A model generated the notes under the pieces. It saw only the letters and a list, made by a program, of their open reading frames with translations, had not been told where the DNA came from and did no database searches. From contig CAVSGO010000005.1 of NCBI GenBank assembly GCA_963727525.1, forward strand, positions 384,001 to 448,000: DNA of 64,000 bases, given 5' to 3'. Below, in pieces: positions 19,805-31,236 of this stretch. Position 1 is the stretch's first letter, and the number at the start of each line of letters is the position of its first letter. A program made the translations under genes and the position numbers. Source of the DNA: an uncultured bacterium (GTDB taxonomy: Bacteria; Krumholzibacteriota; Krumholzibacteriia; LZORAL124-64-63).

Positions 19805-20293
19805 ATGTATCACTACCTGAACTTTACCAGGAAGGCGAAACGCCTCACCTTGAAGGACGAGAAGCAGCTGCTGGCGCGGTCCCGGTCTGGAGGGAGACAG
19901 GCCACGGAAGCGCTGGTCGACGCCAATCAGATCATGGTCCTCGCCTTGTCTGAGTCCTACGACGACGATCGTCTGACTCTCATGGATCGCATCGCCGAAG
20001 GGAACGTGGCCCTGATATCGGCTTGCCGAACCTATCTCCCGCAGCTGGGCGGCTCGTTTCGACGCTATTGCCAGCAGGAGATCCGCAAGGCCATCGAGCA
20101 TGCACTGGCGGACGTCGCGAATCTTCGAGTCGTCGTGTGGGAAAGCGCAACGGGTCACGCGGCCGTCTCGAACGGTCGCGTGGCTTCAAGGCTTCGATTT
20201 GGACCCAGGTGCCGCGCGCGCGCAACGCCTTCGGCCTCGCCGGTAGCTATCGCGACTGAAACCCGATCGTACCTGGCCAGGAAAGCCCCATGA
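19805..20293 (+). CDS. truncated sigma70-family protein (regions 1.2-2 only)
   Basis: LTLKDEKQLL..G...ATEALVDANQIMVLALS..Y...LTLMDRIAEGNVALI..C..Y....G.SF..Y...IRKAI; no region 4. Confidence 0.6.
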   Translation: MYHYLNFTRKAKRLTLKDEKQLLARSRSGGRQATEALVDANQIMVLALSESYDDDRLTLMDRIAEGNVALISACRTYLPQLGGSFRRYCQQEIRKAIEHALADVANLRVVVWESATGHAAVSNGRVASRLRFGPRCRARATPSASPVAIATETRSYLARKAP

Positions 20294-20305
20294 CTTGACT
20301 CTACG

Positions 20306-20765
20306 CTCAGCGGCGAGACCGCGAATTGGGGACTCGAGATCGTCAGGACGGAATTGAAGGAAATCGACCCACCCCAGCGATGTGCAGGAGACGATGAACA
20401 AGGTGGTGAAAGCCGAGAACGAAAAGGTCGCCGCGATTGATTTTGCAACGGCCACGGAAACGCTGGCAGACGGCGCACGGAGGGCGGAGATCAAGAAAGC
20501 TGAAGGAGTCAGACAGGCGAGCATTCTGGCAGCAGAGGGCGAAACACAGGCAATCAAACTCGTCAATGAAGCTGCCGACAGGTATTTCGTGGGCAACGCC
20601 CAGTTGCTGCGCAAACTGGAGACTGTGGAACGATCCCTTGCCCAAAATGCCAAGGTCGTCATTCCGGCCAATTCCGAACTGGTCAACGTGATCGGGGAAC
20701 TGGCCGGGGTACTGCCGCTGACCAGGAACCGGGGCGACCCGAAAATCGGGCCAGCTGGAGATTGA
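20306..20765 (+). pseudogene. SPFH/band-7 (QmcA-like) C-terminal remnant
   Basis: ETANWGLEIVRTELKEIDPP, then a frameshift to DVQETMNKVVKAENEK..AEG..ILAAEGETQAI; N-terminus absent. Confidence 0.75.
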
Positions 20766-20791
20766 GATTCCGGCGAGCGGCTTCAGGGTCA

Positions 20792-21104
20792 ACGGCATTT
20801 CACCACAAGCTCCGGCCGGTCGCCCGCTTGCGACTGATTCCGCGCCGCTACGAATCGCATGCGCGACTTGCTCGAACGCGAAGTCCACGATGGGCGGGCG
20901 GCCGAAGCGGTCGCGTTGTTCTGCGACCAGGTGAAGAAATTGATCGGCGCATTTGCGGCGGCTCTCGCGGCAAACGAAAGCGTGATCCCCGACCCAACCG
21001 GTCCGATCGTGGTCCGCGTGATTCGCACGGACGAAGAACAGATGATGGCCAAGACGATGTGCCGGGTCTCGGTCTCGGCGGGAAGATGGAGAGTTGAACC
21101 ATGA
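20792..21104 (+). pseudogene. ackA: acetate kinase remnant with internal deletions
   Basis: TAFHHKL..VARL..IPRRYE | [27 protein letters not shown] | AANESVI...VRVIRTDEE; colinear with the intact ackA at 26479. Confidence 0.85.
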
Positions 21105-21673
21105 CGACAGAAGCCCTGGCCCCGGAGACGCTCAGGAGGATGGACGCTTACTGGCGCGCCGCGAATTATCTGTCGGTCGGCCAGATCTATCTTCGCGACA
21201 ACCCGCTGCTGAGACAGTCACTGACATCTGCAGATGTGAAGCACTTGCTCCTGGGGCACTGGGGCACGACCCCCGGGCAGAACTTCATCTATGTGCATCT
21301 CAACCGAATCATCAAGAAATTCGACCTGGATATGATCTACGTCTCAGGCCCCGGGCACGGCGGCCCGGCTGTCGTGGGCAACACGTACCTCGAGGGTACG
21401 TACAGCGAGGTCTATCCCGATATCAGCCGGGACGAGGCAGGACTGCGCAAGCTCTTCAAGCAGTTCTCCTTCCCCGGCGGCATACCGAGTCACGCGTCAC
21501 CGGAATGCCCGGGCTCGATACACGAGGGAGGCGAGCTGGGGTATTCGCTCAGCCACTCGTTTGGGGCCGTGTTCGACAATCCCGATCTCATCGTCGCCTG
21601 CGTCGTCGGCGATGGCGAGGCGGAAACCGGGCCGCTGGCCACGTCGTGGCAGCGCATATATGCAAGGCGTTGA
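21101..21673 (+). pseudogene. xfp: phosphoketolase N-terminal fragment
   Basis: [57 protein letters not shown], then breaks at about 190 aa. Confidence 0.9.
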
Positions 21674-22211
21674 ACGGCGTATCGCCGCGGGTCTGAAACC
21701 CGACGTCTTCTCCGTTGCATCGATATTCATCAGCCGTTGGGACGTCGCCGTGGCAGGGAAGACACCCGATAAGCTGCGTGACCAGCTCGGCATCGCAATC
21801 GCCAAGCGAACCTACAAGGCCTATCGCGAGCTACTCGACTCGCCACGTTGGCAGCGCCTCCTGAACACTGGCGCTCAGCCCCAGCGTCTCTTGTGGGCGA
21901 GCACCGGCACCAAGGATCCAAAAGCTTCCGACGTGCTTTACATCAAGTCGCTTGCCGCTCCGTTCACGGTCAACACCATGCCCGAGGACACGTTGAAAGC
22001 CCTGGCGGAACATGGCAAGTTCCGTGCGGTTCTACCGGCCGACGGTGGTGACTGCGAGGAGACGCTCGCGAGGTTCGCCAAGGCGGGCGTCGATGTCGAC
22101 GCTTTGGCCGCCCGACTTCAGGACGAAGGGGCAGTGTCGTTCGTGAAGTCCTGGAACGAGCTGATGAATCGTGTCGCGTCCAAGGGCGAGGCGCTCGAGA
22201 TGGCTGATTGA
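21650..22211 (+). pseudogene. tal: transaldolase C-terminal fragment
   Basis: SVASIFISRWD, LGIAIAKRTY, PQRLLWASTGTKDP, TVNTMPEDTL, LQDEGAVSFVKSW; N-terminal half absent. Confidence 0.88.
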
Positions 22212-22319
22212 GCCCGCGACCGATCAAGACCGCGTATCCCGCTACGCGCCGGTATACGATGGAGGTGGACAGCATGCCTGAGGAATGGTCTCATCGCCGG
22301 TGAAACGCAACGCGTCGCG

Positions 22320-22430
22320 GAGTTGGGGAGTCAGCTCAGGATGGACAGCATCCGATGCGCGACAGCGACCGGCTGATCTTCTCCGAGGGTCATGCGAGCC
22401 CGCGACTCTACGCGATGTACAAAGCGGCTC
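22320..22430 (+). pseudogene. tkt: transketolase N-terminal remnant
   Basis: ELGSQLRMDSIRCATA joined out of frame to [21 protein letters not shown]. Confidence 0.65.
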
Positions 22431-22454
22431 GCGCACAGCGAAGGAAGGACACCT

Positions 22455-24098
22455 ATGACGACAGTCATCCCGCCGCTCACCGGGCGCCCGGCATGGAAGA
22501 CCCTCGAGGTCCATTCCCAGAAGGTCCGGGAGCTGCATCTGCGCGAGCTCTTTGCCGACGATCCCACGCGCGGCGAGCGCATGGCCGCCGAAGCCGTCGG
22601 CATCTATCTCGACTATTCGAAGAACCGCATCACTGACGAGACCCTGAGCCTCCTTCTGCAATTGGCGGACGAATCTGGTCTGCGGTCCCGTATCGACGCG
22701 ATGTTCCGCGGGGAAGAGATCAACGTCACCGAGCAGAGGGCCGCCTTGCACGTTGCATTGCGCACCCCGCGAGACCAATCAATCCTCGTGGACGGCGAGG
22801 ATGTGGTGCCCCAGGTCCATGCCGTACTCGATCGAATGGCCGACTTCTCCGAACGGGTGCGCAGCGGGAAGTGGTTAGGCCACACCGGCAAGCCGATCCG
22901 CAACGTCGTCAATATCGGCATCGGAGGTTCCGATCTGGGGCCGGTGATGGCGTACGAGGCACTGCGACACTACAGTCGGCGCGACCTGACCTTCCGTTTC
23001 GTCTCCAACATCGACGGCACCGACTTCGCGGAAGCCACACACGACCTCGACCCCGCCCAGACGTTGTTCATCATCGCGTCGAAGACCTTCACGACTCTGG
23101 AGACAATGACCAATGCGCATACGGCGCGCACCTGGGCCCTCGAGACCTTGAAACATCCTGCCGCCGTTGCCAGGCATTTCGTCGCCGTCTCGACCAACGC
23201 GGCGGAAGTGGCGAAATTCGGCGTAGACGCCGCCAACATGTTCGAGTTCTGGGACTGGGTCGGAGGGCGTTACTCGCTGGACTCGGCAATCGGGCTCTCG
23301 ACGATGATCGCCATCGGGCCCGAGCATTTCCGTGCCATGCTCGGCGGACTCCACGAGATGGACGAGCATTTCCGCACGACCCCTTTCCAGCGAAACCTGC
23401 CCGTGCTCATGGGGCTCCTGGCCGCTTGGAACAGCAACTTCCTTGGCGCGCAGACCGTCGCGGTCTTGCCCTACGAGCAGTACCTGACGCGCTTCCCGGC
23501 ATACCTCCAGCAATTGGCGATGGAGAGCAACGGCAAACACGTCACGGTTGCTGGAGAGGAGGTCACCTACCAGACCGGGTCGATCTACTGGGGGGAGCCC
23601 GGCACCAATGGCCAGCATTCTTTCTACCAATTGATCCATCAGGGAACCCAGCTCGTCCCCTGTGATCTCATCGCGTTCATCCAACCGCTCAACCCGATCG
23701 GTCGCCACCATGACCTGTTGCTGGCCAACGTCTTTGCCCAGGCCGAGGCCCTGGCCTTTGGCAAGACCTCACAAGAGGTCGAAGCTGAAGGGACGCCGCC
23801 GTGGCTGGCGCCACACCGTACCTTCGAGGGCAACCGTCCCACCAACACGATCTTGATGGACCGACTGACCCCGGCGGCGCTCGGAAGGCTCGTCGCGCTG
23901 TACGAACACAGCGTCTTCACTCAAGGCACAATCTGGGATATCGATTCTTTCGATCAATGGGGAGTCGAGCTGGGCAAGGTGCTGGCGAAGCAGACGGCCC
24001 AGGAACTTGAAAGCAGGGACGAACCGCACCCCACACATGACAGCTCGACCAACGCGCTCATAAGGAGGTACTGCCGACTCAGGAATGCCGATCCATGA
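22455..24098 (+). CDS. pgi: glucose-6-phosphate isomerase
   Basis: [66 protein letters not shown]. Confidence 0.97.
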   Translation: MTTVIPPLTGRPAWKTLEVHSQKVRELHLRELFADDPTRGERMAAEAVGIYLDYSKNRITDETLSLLLQLADESGLRSRIDAMFRGEEINVTEQRAALHVALRTPRDQSILVDGEDVVPQVHAVLDRMADFSERVRSGKWLGHTGKPIRNVVNIGIGGSDLGPVMAYEALRHYSRRDLTFRFVSNIDGTDFAEATHDLDPAQTLFIIASKTFTTLETMTNAHTARTWALETLKHPAAVARHFVAVSTNAAEVAKFGVDAANMFEFWDWVGGRYSLDSAIGLSTMIAIGPEHFRAMLGGLHEMDEHFRTTPFQRNLPVLMGLLAAWNSNFLGAQTVAVLPYEQYLTRFPAYLQQLAMESNGKHVTVAGEEVTYQTGSIYWGEPGTNGQHSFYQLIHQGTQLVPCDLIAFIQPLNPIGRHHDLLLANVFAQAEALAFGKTSQEVEAEGTPPWLAPHRTFEGNRPTNTILMDRLTPAALGRLVALYEHSVFTQGTIWDIDSFDQWGVELGKVLAKQTAQELESRDEPHPTHDSSTNALIRRYCRLRNADP

Positions 24099-24453
24099 GC
24101 AGCTCTCTCTGCATCGTTTACAAACCGACACTCGCGCCTTCGCCTGCGACATCGACCACGACCTCGCCGTCGCCATCGACGAACTCCTCCAGCACCGGCG
24201 GAAATGGCGCGCGGAAGCCGCGGTCGGCAAGACCGTGGTAAGCAGCCGGATGATCGATCGCATCATCGGGAAGCGGAGGCGCAAGCTCTACGGGGTGCCG
24301 GTCGGTTTCAAATGGTTCGTGGAAGGCCTGCTCGGCGACCCGCTCGGTTTCCACGGCTGGACCGCGGTTGTGCCGCGGGAGGGAACCAAGCTCGCGAACC
24401 ATCATTTCCGCGACATCAGACGGTTCGCCATGGTCGGCAAAAGGGAATGGTAG
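24085..24453 (+). pseudogene. pgm: phosphoglucomutase internal remnant
   Basis: AFACDIDHD | [13 protein letters not shown]....[15 protein letters not shown]....[18 protein letters not shown]. Confidence 0.8.
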
Positions 24454-24487
24454 GAAGAGCAGAACACTCCCGGCAGGAAAGTCGGCG

Positions 24488-25105
24488 ATGAAGAGCAAAA
24501 ATTCAATCACCTGTGTCTTCCTGGATATCGGTGGCGTATTGCTCACCGCCGGATGGGACCATCATGCCCGCAGACGGGCGGCGACAAACTTCAACCTTGA
24601 ATTTGACGAGATGGAAGATCGGCATCACTTGTTGTTCGAAATCTTCGAGGAGGGGAAGCTCACACTGGACGAGTATCTGGATCGGCTGCTCTTCTACCAC
24701 AAACGGCCGTTCACCCGGGCTCAGTTTCTAAGCTTCATGTTTTCCCAGTCGAAACCCCATCCCGAGATGATCGCGTTGATGACAAAGCTCAAGGTCCGAC
24801 ACGGGCTGAAGGTCGTCGTCGTCAGCAACGAAGCGCGCGAGCTGAATGCGTATCGGATTCGAACGTTCAAACTTACCGACCTTGTAGACTCCTTCATTTC
24901 GTCCTGCTTCATCCACATGCGCAAGCCAGACGCGGACATCTTTCGTCTCGCGCTGGACGTCGCCCAGGTCACGCCGGATCGTGTCGTGTACATCGACGAT
25001 CGCGCCATGTTCGTCGAGGTCGCCGATAGCCTCGGCATCCAAGGCATCCATCACCAAGGCCTGGAGACCACCCGCGCCTCGCTCGAGGCGATGGGGTTGA
25101 AATGA
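24488..25105 (+). CDS. HAD-family phosphatase
   Basis: FLDIGGVLL, VSNE, RKPDADIF, YIDD. Confidence 0.92.
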   Translation: MKSKNSITCVFLDIGGVLLTAGWDHHARRRAATNFNLEFDEMEDRHHLLFEIFEEGKLTLDEYLDRLLFYHKRPFTRAQFLSFMFSQSKPHPEMIALMTKLKVRHGLKVVVVSNEARELNAYRIRTFKLTDLVDSFISSCFIHMRKPDADIFRLALDVAQVTPDRVVYIDDRAMFVEVADSLGIQGIHHQGLETTRASLEAMGLK

Positions 25106-25193
25106 AGAACGCAACCGCCCGATCATTGCCCCGAACCGGAGCTGAGAACGCCGGACAGGGGCATCGACGGAACGAACGGGAGGCAGACCGCAG

Positions 25194-26486
25194 ATGAAGA
25201 GAGCCGGCGACGGTAAGCTTGGTCTGTGGGCGGTTGTTGCCATCGGCGTCGGCGGGATGGTCGGCGGCGGCATCTTCGCAGTGCTGGGTTTGGCGGTGGA
25301 ACTGGCGCATGGCGGCACGCCCGTCGCCTTTGCGCTTGCGGGCGCGGTCGCGCTGCTGACAGCGTATTCGTACGCCAAGCTGTCCGTCGCGTACCCCAGC
25401 CGCGGTGGAACGGTCACCTTCCTCGATCGCGCATTCGGTGCGGGCATGTTGACCGGCAGCTTGAACGTCTTGTTGTGGCTGAGCTACGTGGTGATGCTTT
25501 CCCTTTACGCGTTCGCCTTCGGGAGCTACGGAGCGAGGTTCCTGCCGCAGGCATGGCAGGCGACCGGCACGCACGTGCTGATCAGCCTCAGCGTGGTCCT
25601 GATTGCCGGGTTGAACCTGCTCAACGTCGGGCTTATCGGCAAGGCGGAAGAGTGGATCGTGGCATTGAAGCTGGCGATCCTGCTGTTCTTTGTCGCGGTC
25701 GGCGTTGCCAGCATCAAGACATCTCACATCGCGCTGGCCTCGTGGTCGCCACCGCTGCAGCTGGCGGCGGGCGGGATGATCATCTTCGTGGCCTATGAGG
25801 GGTTCGAGCTGATCGCCAACACGGACCAGGACGTGCGGAACGCGGCACGTACGCTGCCGCGCGCGTACTACACGGCGGTCGGGTTCGTGATTGCGCTGTA
25901 CGTTTCTGTTGCCCTCGTCGCGGTGGGCAACCTTTCGGTGCACAAAATCGTGGCGGCCAAGGACTACGCGCTGGCCGAAGCGGCTCGACCCTTTCTCGGA
26001 CAAGCCGGCTTCGCGCTTATCGCCGTGGCGGCGATGCTGTCGACCGCCTCCGCGATCAACGCTACGCTCTACGGCACGGCACGGCTCAGTTACTGCATCG
26101 CGCGCGACGGCGAACTGCCGGCTGCTCTGGAACGGAAGGTGGGGGGTAAGCCGGTGGAGGGTCTGTTGATCACTGCCGGCCTGACGCTGTTCGTGGCCAA
26201 CGCACTTGACATGACCAGCATCGCGACCCTCGGAAGCGCCGGGTTTTTGCTGATCTTCGCCGCGGTCAACGCCGCCAACGCGCGGCACGCGTCACACACG
26301 AACAGCCACGCCTCGATTTCGGCCACCGGCGCGGGCGCTTGTGTTGCGGCATTCGGAGCGTTGGTGTGGCAGACGGCGCGGACGGGGCCGGGCAAGTTGT
26401 GGGTGCTGGCGTCGATGGTCGCTCTGGCGGTGATGATCGAGAGCGGGTACCGGCTGGCAAAGCGGGAGATTCGGTTGCATGACTGA
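25194..26486 (+). CDS. APC-family amino acid permease
   Basis: GVGGMVGGGIF, FVAYEGFELIAN, about 12 TM segments. Confidence 0.92.
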   Translation: MKRAGDGKLGLWAVVAIGVGGMVGGGIFAVLGLAVELAHGGTPVAFALAGAVALLTAYSYAKLSVAYPSRGGTVTFLDRAFGAGMLTGSLNVLLWLSYVVMLSLYAFAFGSYGARFLPQAWQATGTHVLISLSVVLIAGLNLLNVGLIGKAEEWIVALKLAILLFFVAVGVASIKTSHIALASWSPPLQLAAGGMIIFVAYEGFELIANTDQDVRNAARTLPRAYYTAVGFVIALYVSVALVAVGNLSVHKIVAAKDYALAEAARPFLGQAGFALIAVAAMLSTASAINATLYGTARLSYCIARDGELPAALERKVGGKPVEGLLITAGLTLFVANALDMTSIATLGSAGFLLIFAAVNAANARHASHTNSHASISATGAGACVAAFGALVWQTARTGPGKLWVLASMVALAVMIESGYRLAKREIRLHD

Positions 26487-27714
26487 ACTACAGACCCACC
26501 GGTTTTCGGCCCCACCACTCATCCTGACGATCAACGGCGGGTCGTCGAGCATCAAGTTTGCGCTTTTCGAGGCCGGTGACTCGCTCCGCCGGCTTCTGGT
26601 GGGCGAGATCGAACGGATCGGCCGGCCGGAGGCCGTCCTGCGGGTGGAAGGCGTCAGCGAGGAAGATACCTTTTCGCGGTCGGTGCCGGCGGCGGACCAC
26701 AACGCTGCCGTGGACTCGCTGATGGATTGGATCGAGACACGTAGCGGGGGTGGTCCATTGACCGCCGTGGGTCATCGCGTGGTTGATGGCGGGCCGAAGT
26801 ACAGCGACCCGCAGCAAATCACTCCGGACATGGTCCACGAGTTGCGCAGCTTGAGCCCATTCGATCCCGAGCACATGCCTGAAGAGCTCCGCCTCGTCGA
26901 GGCGTTTCAACGCCGATTTCCCGAGTTGCCCCAGGTGGCGTGCTTCGACACCGCGTTTCACCACAACCTGCCGCGCGTAGCCCGCTTGTTGCCGATTCCG
27001 CGGCGCTACGAGGCTCGGGGCGTGCGGCGGTACGGCTTCCACGGGTTGTCATATGCGTTTCTGATGGAAGAACTTGGACGTCTGACCGGGACGAAAGCGG
27101 CGCAGGGGCGGGTCATCCTCGCGCACCTCGGCAGCGGCGCGAGTCTGGCGGCGGTGCGCGACGGCAGGTCCGTGGACACGAGTATGGGCTTCACCCCGGC
27201 CGCCGGCGTGCCGATGGGCACGCGCTCCGGAGATCTCGACCCCGGATTGGTCTGGTATCTGGCGCGCACCGAGAAGGTGAGCGCGAAGCAATTCAACGAA
27301 ATGGTGAATTCGCAATCCGGGCTCCTCGGAATATCCGAAACCAGCTCCGACATGCGTGACCTGCTCGACTGCGAAACGCACGACGTGCGGGCGGCCGAAG
27401 CCGTCGCGCTGTTCTGCTACCAGGTCAAGAAGTGGGTCGGCGCATTCGCCGCCGCGTTGAGGGGACTCGACACCCTGGTGTTCGCGGGTGGTATCGGGGA
27501 GCGAGCGCCTACGGTCCGCGCCCGGATCTGCGACGGGCTGGGGTTCCTCGGCGTCGAGCTCGACGAGAACCGAAACGCCGCCAGTGAAGGCGTGATTTCC
27601 ACGGCAGTCAGCCGGGTCGTGGTCCGCGTCATCCGCACGGACGAGGAACGCATGATCGCCCAGGGCGTGTGCCGCGTTCTCGACGTTGGTTGTGCAAGGA
27701 AAATGAGACCATGA
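26479..27714 (+). CDS. ackA: acetate/propionate kinase
   Basis: [63 protein letters not shown]. Confidence 0.95.
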   Translation: MTELQTHRFSAPPLILTINGGSSSIKFALFEAGDSLRRLLVGEIERIGRPEAVLRVEGVSEEDTFSRSVPAADHNAAVDSLMDWIETRSGGGPLTAVGHRVVDGGPKYSDPQQITPDMVHELRSLSPFDPEHMPEELRLVEAFQRRFPELPQVACFDTAFHHNLPRVARLLPIPRRYEARGVRRYGFHGLSYAFLMEELGRLTGTKAAQGRVILAHLGSGASLAAVRDGRSVDTSMGFTPAAGVPMGTRSGDLDPGLVWYLARTEKVSAKQFNEMVNSQSGLLGISETSSDMRDLLDCETHDVRAAEAVALFCYQVKKWVGAFAAALRGLDTLVFAGGIGERAPTVRARICDGLGFLGVELDENRNAASEGVISTAVSRVVVRVIRTDEERMIAQGVCRVLDVGCARKMRP

Positions 27715-27860
27715 AGACGAGAACTCTATCCCGAGAACTCCCCCACAAGGACGATGCCTACTCGCGCGCCGCGAACTATCTGTCGGTCGGCAAGATCTTT
27801 CTCAACGACAATCTGCTCCTCGAGCATCCGCTGAAGCTAAAGCACATCGATTTCGCCAAC
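27711..27860 (+). pseudogene. xfp: second phosphoketolase N-terminal stub, ending just before the IS
   Basis: [42 protein letters not shown]. Confidence 0.8.
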
Positions 27861-27928
27861 GCCGGCGCCAAGGCAAGGGTTGTACCTGCGAAATTGTGCA
27901 TGGCCCGGTGCTTGCCTGACCCGAGGCC

Positions 27929-29038
27929 ATGTGCTCACCGACTTCGCCCTCAGCTCAACCCTGGTCCCCGCCTCACTGCCCCAACCCCAACTGCCACCAC
28001 CACCACCACATGCACGGCCCCTGGCCCTTCCTCAGGCGCGGGTACTTCCGACGACTCAACCCGCCCCACCTCGTCCCCCGCTTCCAGTGCCGACACTGCG
28101 GCCGATCCTTCTCCAAACAGACCTTCTCCACCACCTACTGGCTCAAGAAGCCGCTTCTGCTGCCCCTGATCCTCGATCTCTCCGTCAACGCCATGGCCAA
28201 CCGCCAGGCGGCCCGGACGCTCAAATGTGCTCCCGCGACCGCCGATCTCCAGCTCGCCCGCCTCGGCCGCCACTGCCTGCTCTTTCAGCGACACATGCTC
28301 ACCGGAGCGTCTCCTCCCGCTGACATCGCCATCGATGGCTTCGTCACCTTCGAGTACAGCCAGGACTACCCGTTCGAGTTCCTGGTCGCCGTCAACCGGG
28401 ACAACAGCTTCGTCGAGCACTTCACCGAGGCGCCGCAGCGGCGTAGCGGCCGGATGACCGGGGCCCAGAAGAGGCGCCGAGCGGCGCTCGAAGCCGCGTT
28501 CGGGACGCCTGACCCGAAAGCTGTCGAGCAAGGGATGCGCGAGGTGCTCGAGGTCACCCTGGCGGGGGCCACCGTGGCGACGGTGCATAGCGACGAGCAT
28601 CAGGCCTATCCGCGGGCGATGCGGGGACTGGCCGTTGAAATCGACCACCAGACGATCAGTTCGCGGGCGAAGCGGGATGCTCGCAATCCGCTGTTCGAGA
28701 TCAACGCGCTGGATGCATTCATCCGGCACAGTCGGGCGGATCATCGGCGGGAGACGATCGCGTTCGCACGGCGCCGCCAGGCTGCGGCGGAGCGATTCGC
28801 GGTGTTCGTGGTGTGGAAGAACTTCGTGAAGAAGCGCTGGGAGAAGCGGTGCTTGTCGACGCCGGCGATGTTGCGGGGGCTTGTGGCGCGGCGGTTGACG
28901 GTGGCAGACATCCTGGAGACGCGGTTGTTTCCGGGGCGGATCGGGTTGCCTGAGAGATGGCGGGAGTACTACTGGGGTCTGGTGGAGACGCCGGTGGTGG
29001 GGGTGAATCGGCGGCACGAGCTGAAGTACGCGTTCTAG
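27929..29038 (+). CDS. transposase, IS1/IS1595-like (zinc ribbon + HTH + RNase H fold)
   Basis: CPNPNC...[24 protein letters not shown], acidic motifs IDGFVTFE / HSDEHQAY / [11 protein letters not shown]. Confidence 0.85.
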   Translation: MCSPTSPSAQPWSPPHCPNPNCHHHHHMHGPWPFLRRGYFRRLNPPHLVPRFQCRHCGRSFSKQTFSTTYWLKKPLLLPLILDLSVNAMANRQAARTLKCAPATADLQLARLGRHCLLFQRHMLTGASPPADIAIDGFVTFEYSQDYPFEFLVAVNRDNSFVEHFTEAPQRRSGRMTGAQKRRRAALEAAFGTPDPKAVEQGMREVLEVTLAGATVATVHSDEHQAYPRAMRGLAVEIDHQTISSRAKRDARNPLFEINALDAFIRHSRADHRRETIAFARRRQAAAERFAVFVVWKNFVKKRWEKRCLSTPAMLRGLVARRLTVADILETRLFPGRIGLPERWREYYWGLVETPVVGVNRRHELKYAF

Positions 29039-29050
29039 AAGCGGATGCCG

Positions 29051-29070
29051 CGGTCGGTGAATTCCGACCG
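29051..29070. terminator. hairpin between the transposase stop and the right IR
   Basis: cggtcgg-tgaatt-ccgaccg. Confidence 0.45.
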
Positions 29071-29123
29071 TGGAACCAGGCATGCACAATTTCGCGGGTA
29101 CAACCCACGGGTCGCGAACGCCG

Positions 29124-30203
29124 TCACCCTTCGCTTCCTCGAAATTCCTCGATCAACTCCTGCTGTCTCCGCGTCAAGTGCTCGGGCACGACGACCATGA
29201 CCCGCGCGACATGGTCCCCGCCGGGAATACCTTGGCCTCGAAGCTTGAGCTGGACGCCGGACGAGGTTCCGGCAGGGATGGTCAGATTGACTCGGCCGCG
29301 CAGGGTCGGCAGTGGCACCTTGCCGCCGAGCACGGCGGTGACCATGGGAACCGCGACATCGGAGTGAATATCATTCCCCTCGCGGCGGAGGACCGGATCG
29401 GGGCGCACATGCAGGTGAACCATGAGATCTCCCGGTGGTCCGCCACCGGTCCCGACTCCACCGAGTCCCGCCAGACGGAGAACCGTTCCCTCGTCGCTGC
29501 CTTCGGGGACGGTGATCTTGAGCTTGCGCGCCCGCTCGACAGTGCCTTCGCCACCGCATTCTGGACAGACCTTCGCCGGGTCGAAACCGGTGCCGTGACA
29601 GCGCGAGCACGGACGAGTCACGGTGAAGAACTGGCCCTTGTCGCGGGACTGCGCCGTGACCCGCCCGCTTCCTTGACACGTCGGACACGCCGGCTCGTCC
29701 CCAATTGCACCCCGCCCGCCGCAGCGCGCACAGGCAACGGCGGCGGTGAGGGAAACCGACACCTTCCCGCCAAGTGCGGCCGTGCGGAAGTCGACCTCGA
29801 GTTCGACCTCGGCATCGTGCCCCGGGCGCGCCGCGCCACGTGAGCGATGGACCTCCTGCCCGAATTCGCCGCCGAAGATGCCACCGAAACGGCACAGGAT
29901 CTCGTCCATCGACATCGATTCGCCTTCGGCCGCGAATGGCGTGGGTCCCCCGGGTCCGGCAGGCCCATGCGGCGTGGACGTCGACGACGCGGCAGTCGCC
30001 ACCGCGTCGTCGTACTCCCGTCGCTTGTCGGCATGTGAGAGGACCGCGTAGGCGCCGGCCAGATCCTTGAATTTCTCCTCGGCTTTCCGGTCGCCGGGGT
30101 TCCGATCGGGATGGAACTTGAGGGCGAGGGTACGGAATGCCTTCTTGATCTCCGCGGACGTCGCCGAAGGCTGGACGCCAAGGATCTCGTAGTAGTCCTT
30201 CAT
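29124..30203 (-). CDS. dnaJ: DnaJ-family chaperone
   Basis: [12 protein letters not shown], four CxxCxGxG repeats, C-terminal domain. Confidence 0.92.
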   Translation of the reverse strand: MKDYYEILGVQPSATSAEIKKAFRTLALKFHPDRNPGDRKAEEKFKDLAGAYAVLSHADKRREYDDAVATAASSTSTPHGPAGPGGPTPFAAEGESMSMDEILCRFGGIFGGEFGQEVHRSRGAARPGHDAEVELEVDFRTAALGGKVSVSLTAAVACARCGGRGAIGDEPACPTCQGSGRVTAQSRDKGQFFTVTRPCSRCHGTGFDPAKVCPECGGEGTVERARKLKITVPEGSDEGTVLRLAGLGGVGTGGGPPGDLMVHLHVRPDPVLRREGNDIHSDVAVPMVTAVLGGKVPLPTLRGRVNLTIPAGTSSGVQLKLRGQGIPGGDHVARVMVVVPEHLTRRQQELIEEFRGSEG

Positions 30204-30556
30204 CGCGGTATCCTGCGCTGGACCCGCCGGATCCGGACCTCCAGCGTCTCCTCCGCATACAGAATCGCCACCGGCTCGGTATCGAATCCTGGCGGCACGG
30301 GAAGGATGCTCACCAGGACCGCGGGGTCGGGCCAGGACCGGCTGGCACGAACAATGAGAACCTCGTCCAGGATCTCGACGTCGATGTCGGCCTCGACCAC
30401 GTCCTCCAGCGGCACGAACCAACGCAGGCCAGTCACCTCGACGGCCCACCGGGCACACGCTTCCCGCGAGTTCGGCCATTCGCGCAAAGCCGTCGCGTAT
30501 CGGCGCCGCAACCGCTGGATCTCTCTCTCGATCTCGTCGACTGCCGGTGGCTGCAT
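30200..30556 (-). CDS. small Hsp20-like/hypothetical protein
   Basis: [15 protein letters not shown]...LPVPPGFD...[12 protein letters not shown] resembles a degenerate alpha-crystallin domain; overlaps the dnaJ start. Confidence 0.5.
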   Translation of the reverse strand: MQPPAVDEIEREIQRLRRRYATALREWPNSREACARWAVEVTGLRWFVPLEDVVEADIDVEILDEVLIVRASRSWPDPAVLVSILPVPPGFDTEPVAILYAEETLEVRIRRVQRRIPR

Positions 30557-30591
30557 ACGAGTTCTCCCGCTGCTCCTGGTGGCGGCAAGCG

Positions 30592-31236
30592 CTAGTTGCT
30601 TGCCAGGACCTGGATACTCGTGGACGAAGTCATATGGACGTTCATCTTCTGACCCGCCGCGAGTTCCAACTCGTCACTCTGCGTCGCGATCATGACGACG
30701 ATCCCCACGCCCGCGCCGGTACCAGCACCGATCGCTGCACCCTCCGCGCCACCGGCGATGCCGCCGACGACAGCGCCCAGCACGGTTCCCGCCGCGATCC
30801 GCTCCAAGTCCGTGCCTGTGCCGGAAGCCGCGTCGAGTTCGAGCGGCTGTGCGGAGATCGTGTACTTTTTGCCCGTCGGGTCGACGATCTCCTGGTAAGC
30901 GAGCGTCATCCGCGCGCGACCACTTGTTCGGCCCGAGGCCTGGACATCGCACAGAACGCCGGCGATCCGGGCACCGGCCGGAACCGCAGTCCGGCCGTCG
31001 ACGACGATCGGAGCGAGCGTCGTCAAGGCGAACGTGTCACCGTTATGGCCCGTGCCCGACGAGATCGGCGCGTTGAGCGTCCCGACGACATCGGTGCCGT
31101 CAGGGATGATGAGTGTCGCGAATTGGGTCGACTGGGCGCCGGTGTCGCTGGCGGTGTCCAGCGTCTTGTTGCAGCCATCGGCGATGGCAGCGATGGTCAA
31201 GACCATGATTCCGATCCCGAGTGTTGAGCGTTTCAT
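30592..31236 (-). CDS. exported protein/lipoprotein with glycine-zipper
   Basis: Signal with Cys; [42 protein letters not shown]. Confidence 0.75.
   Translation of the reverse strand: MKRSTLGIGIMVLTIAAIADGCNKTLDTASDTGAQSTQFATLIIPDGTDVVGTLNAPISSGTGHNGDTFALTTLAPIVVDGRTAVPAGARIAGVLCDVQASGRTSGRARMTLAYQEIVDPTGKKYTISAQPLELDAASGTGTDLERIAAGTVLGAVVGGIAGGAEGAAIGAGTGAGVGIVVMIATQSDELELAAGQKMNVHMTSSTSIQVLASN

Larger units (their letters stand above)
27877..29106 (+). mobile_element. insertion sequence, 1230 bp, 26-bp terminal inverted repeats
   Basis: Left end gggttgtacctgcgaaattgtgcatg; right end catgcacaatttcgcgggtacaaccc (1 mismatch); encloses a single transposase; no target duplication seen. Confidence 0.88.

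Noticed and set aside
27995-28015. His-run (cac repeats) in the transposase as a metal-binding tag or contingency repeat
   Set aside because: Short, and explained by the local C-rich bias inside the zinc-ribbon loop
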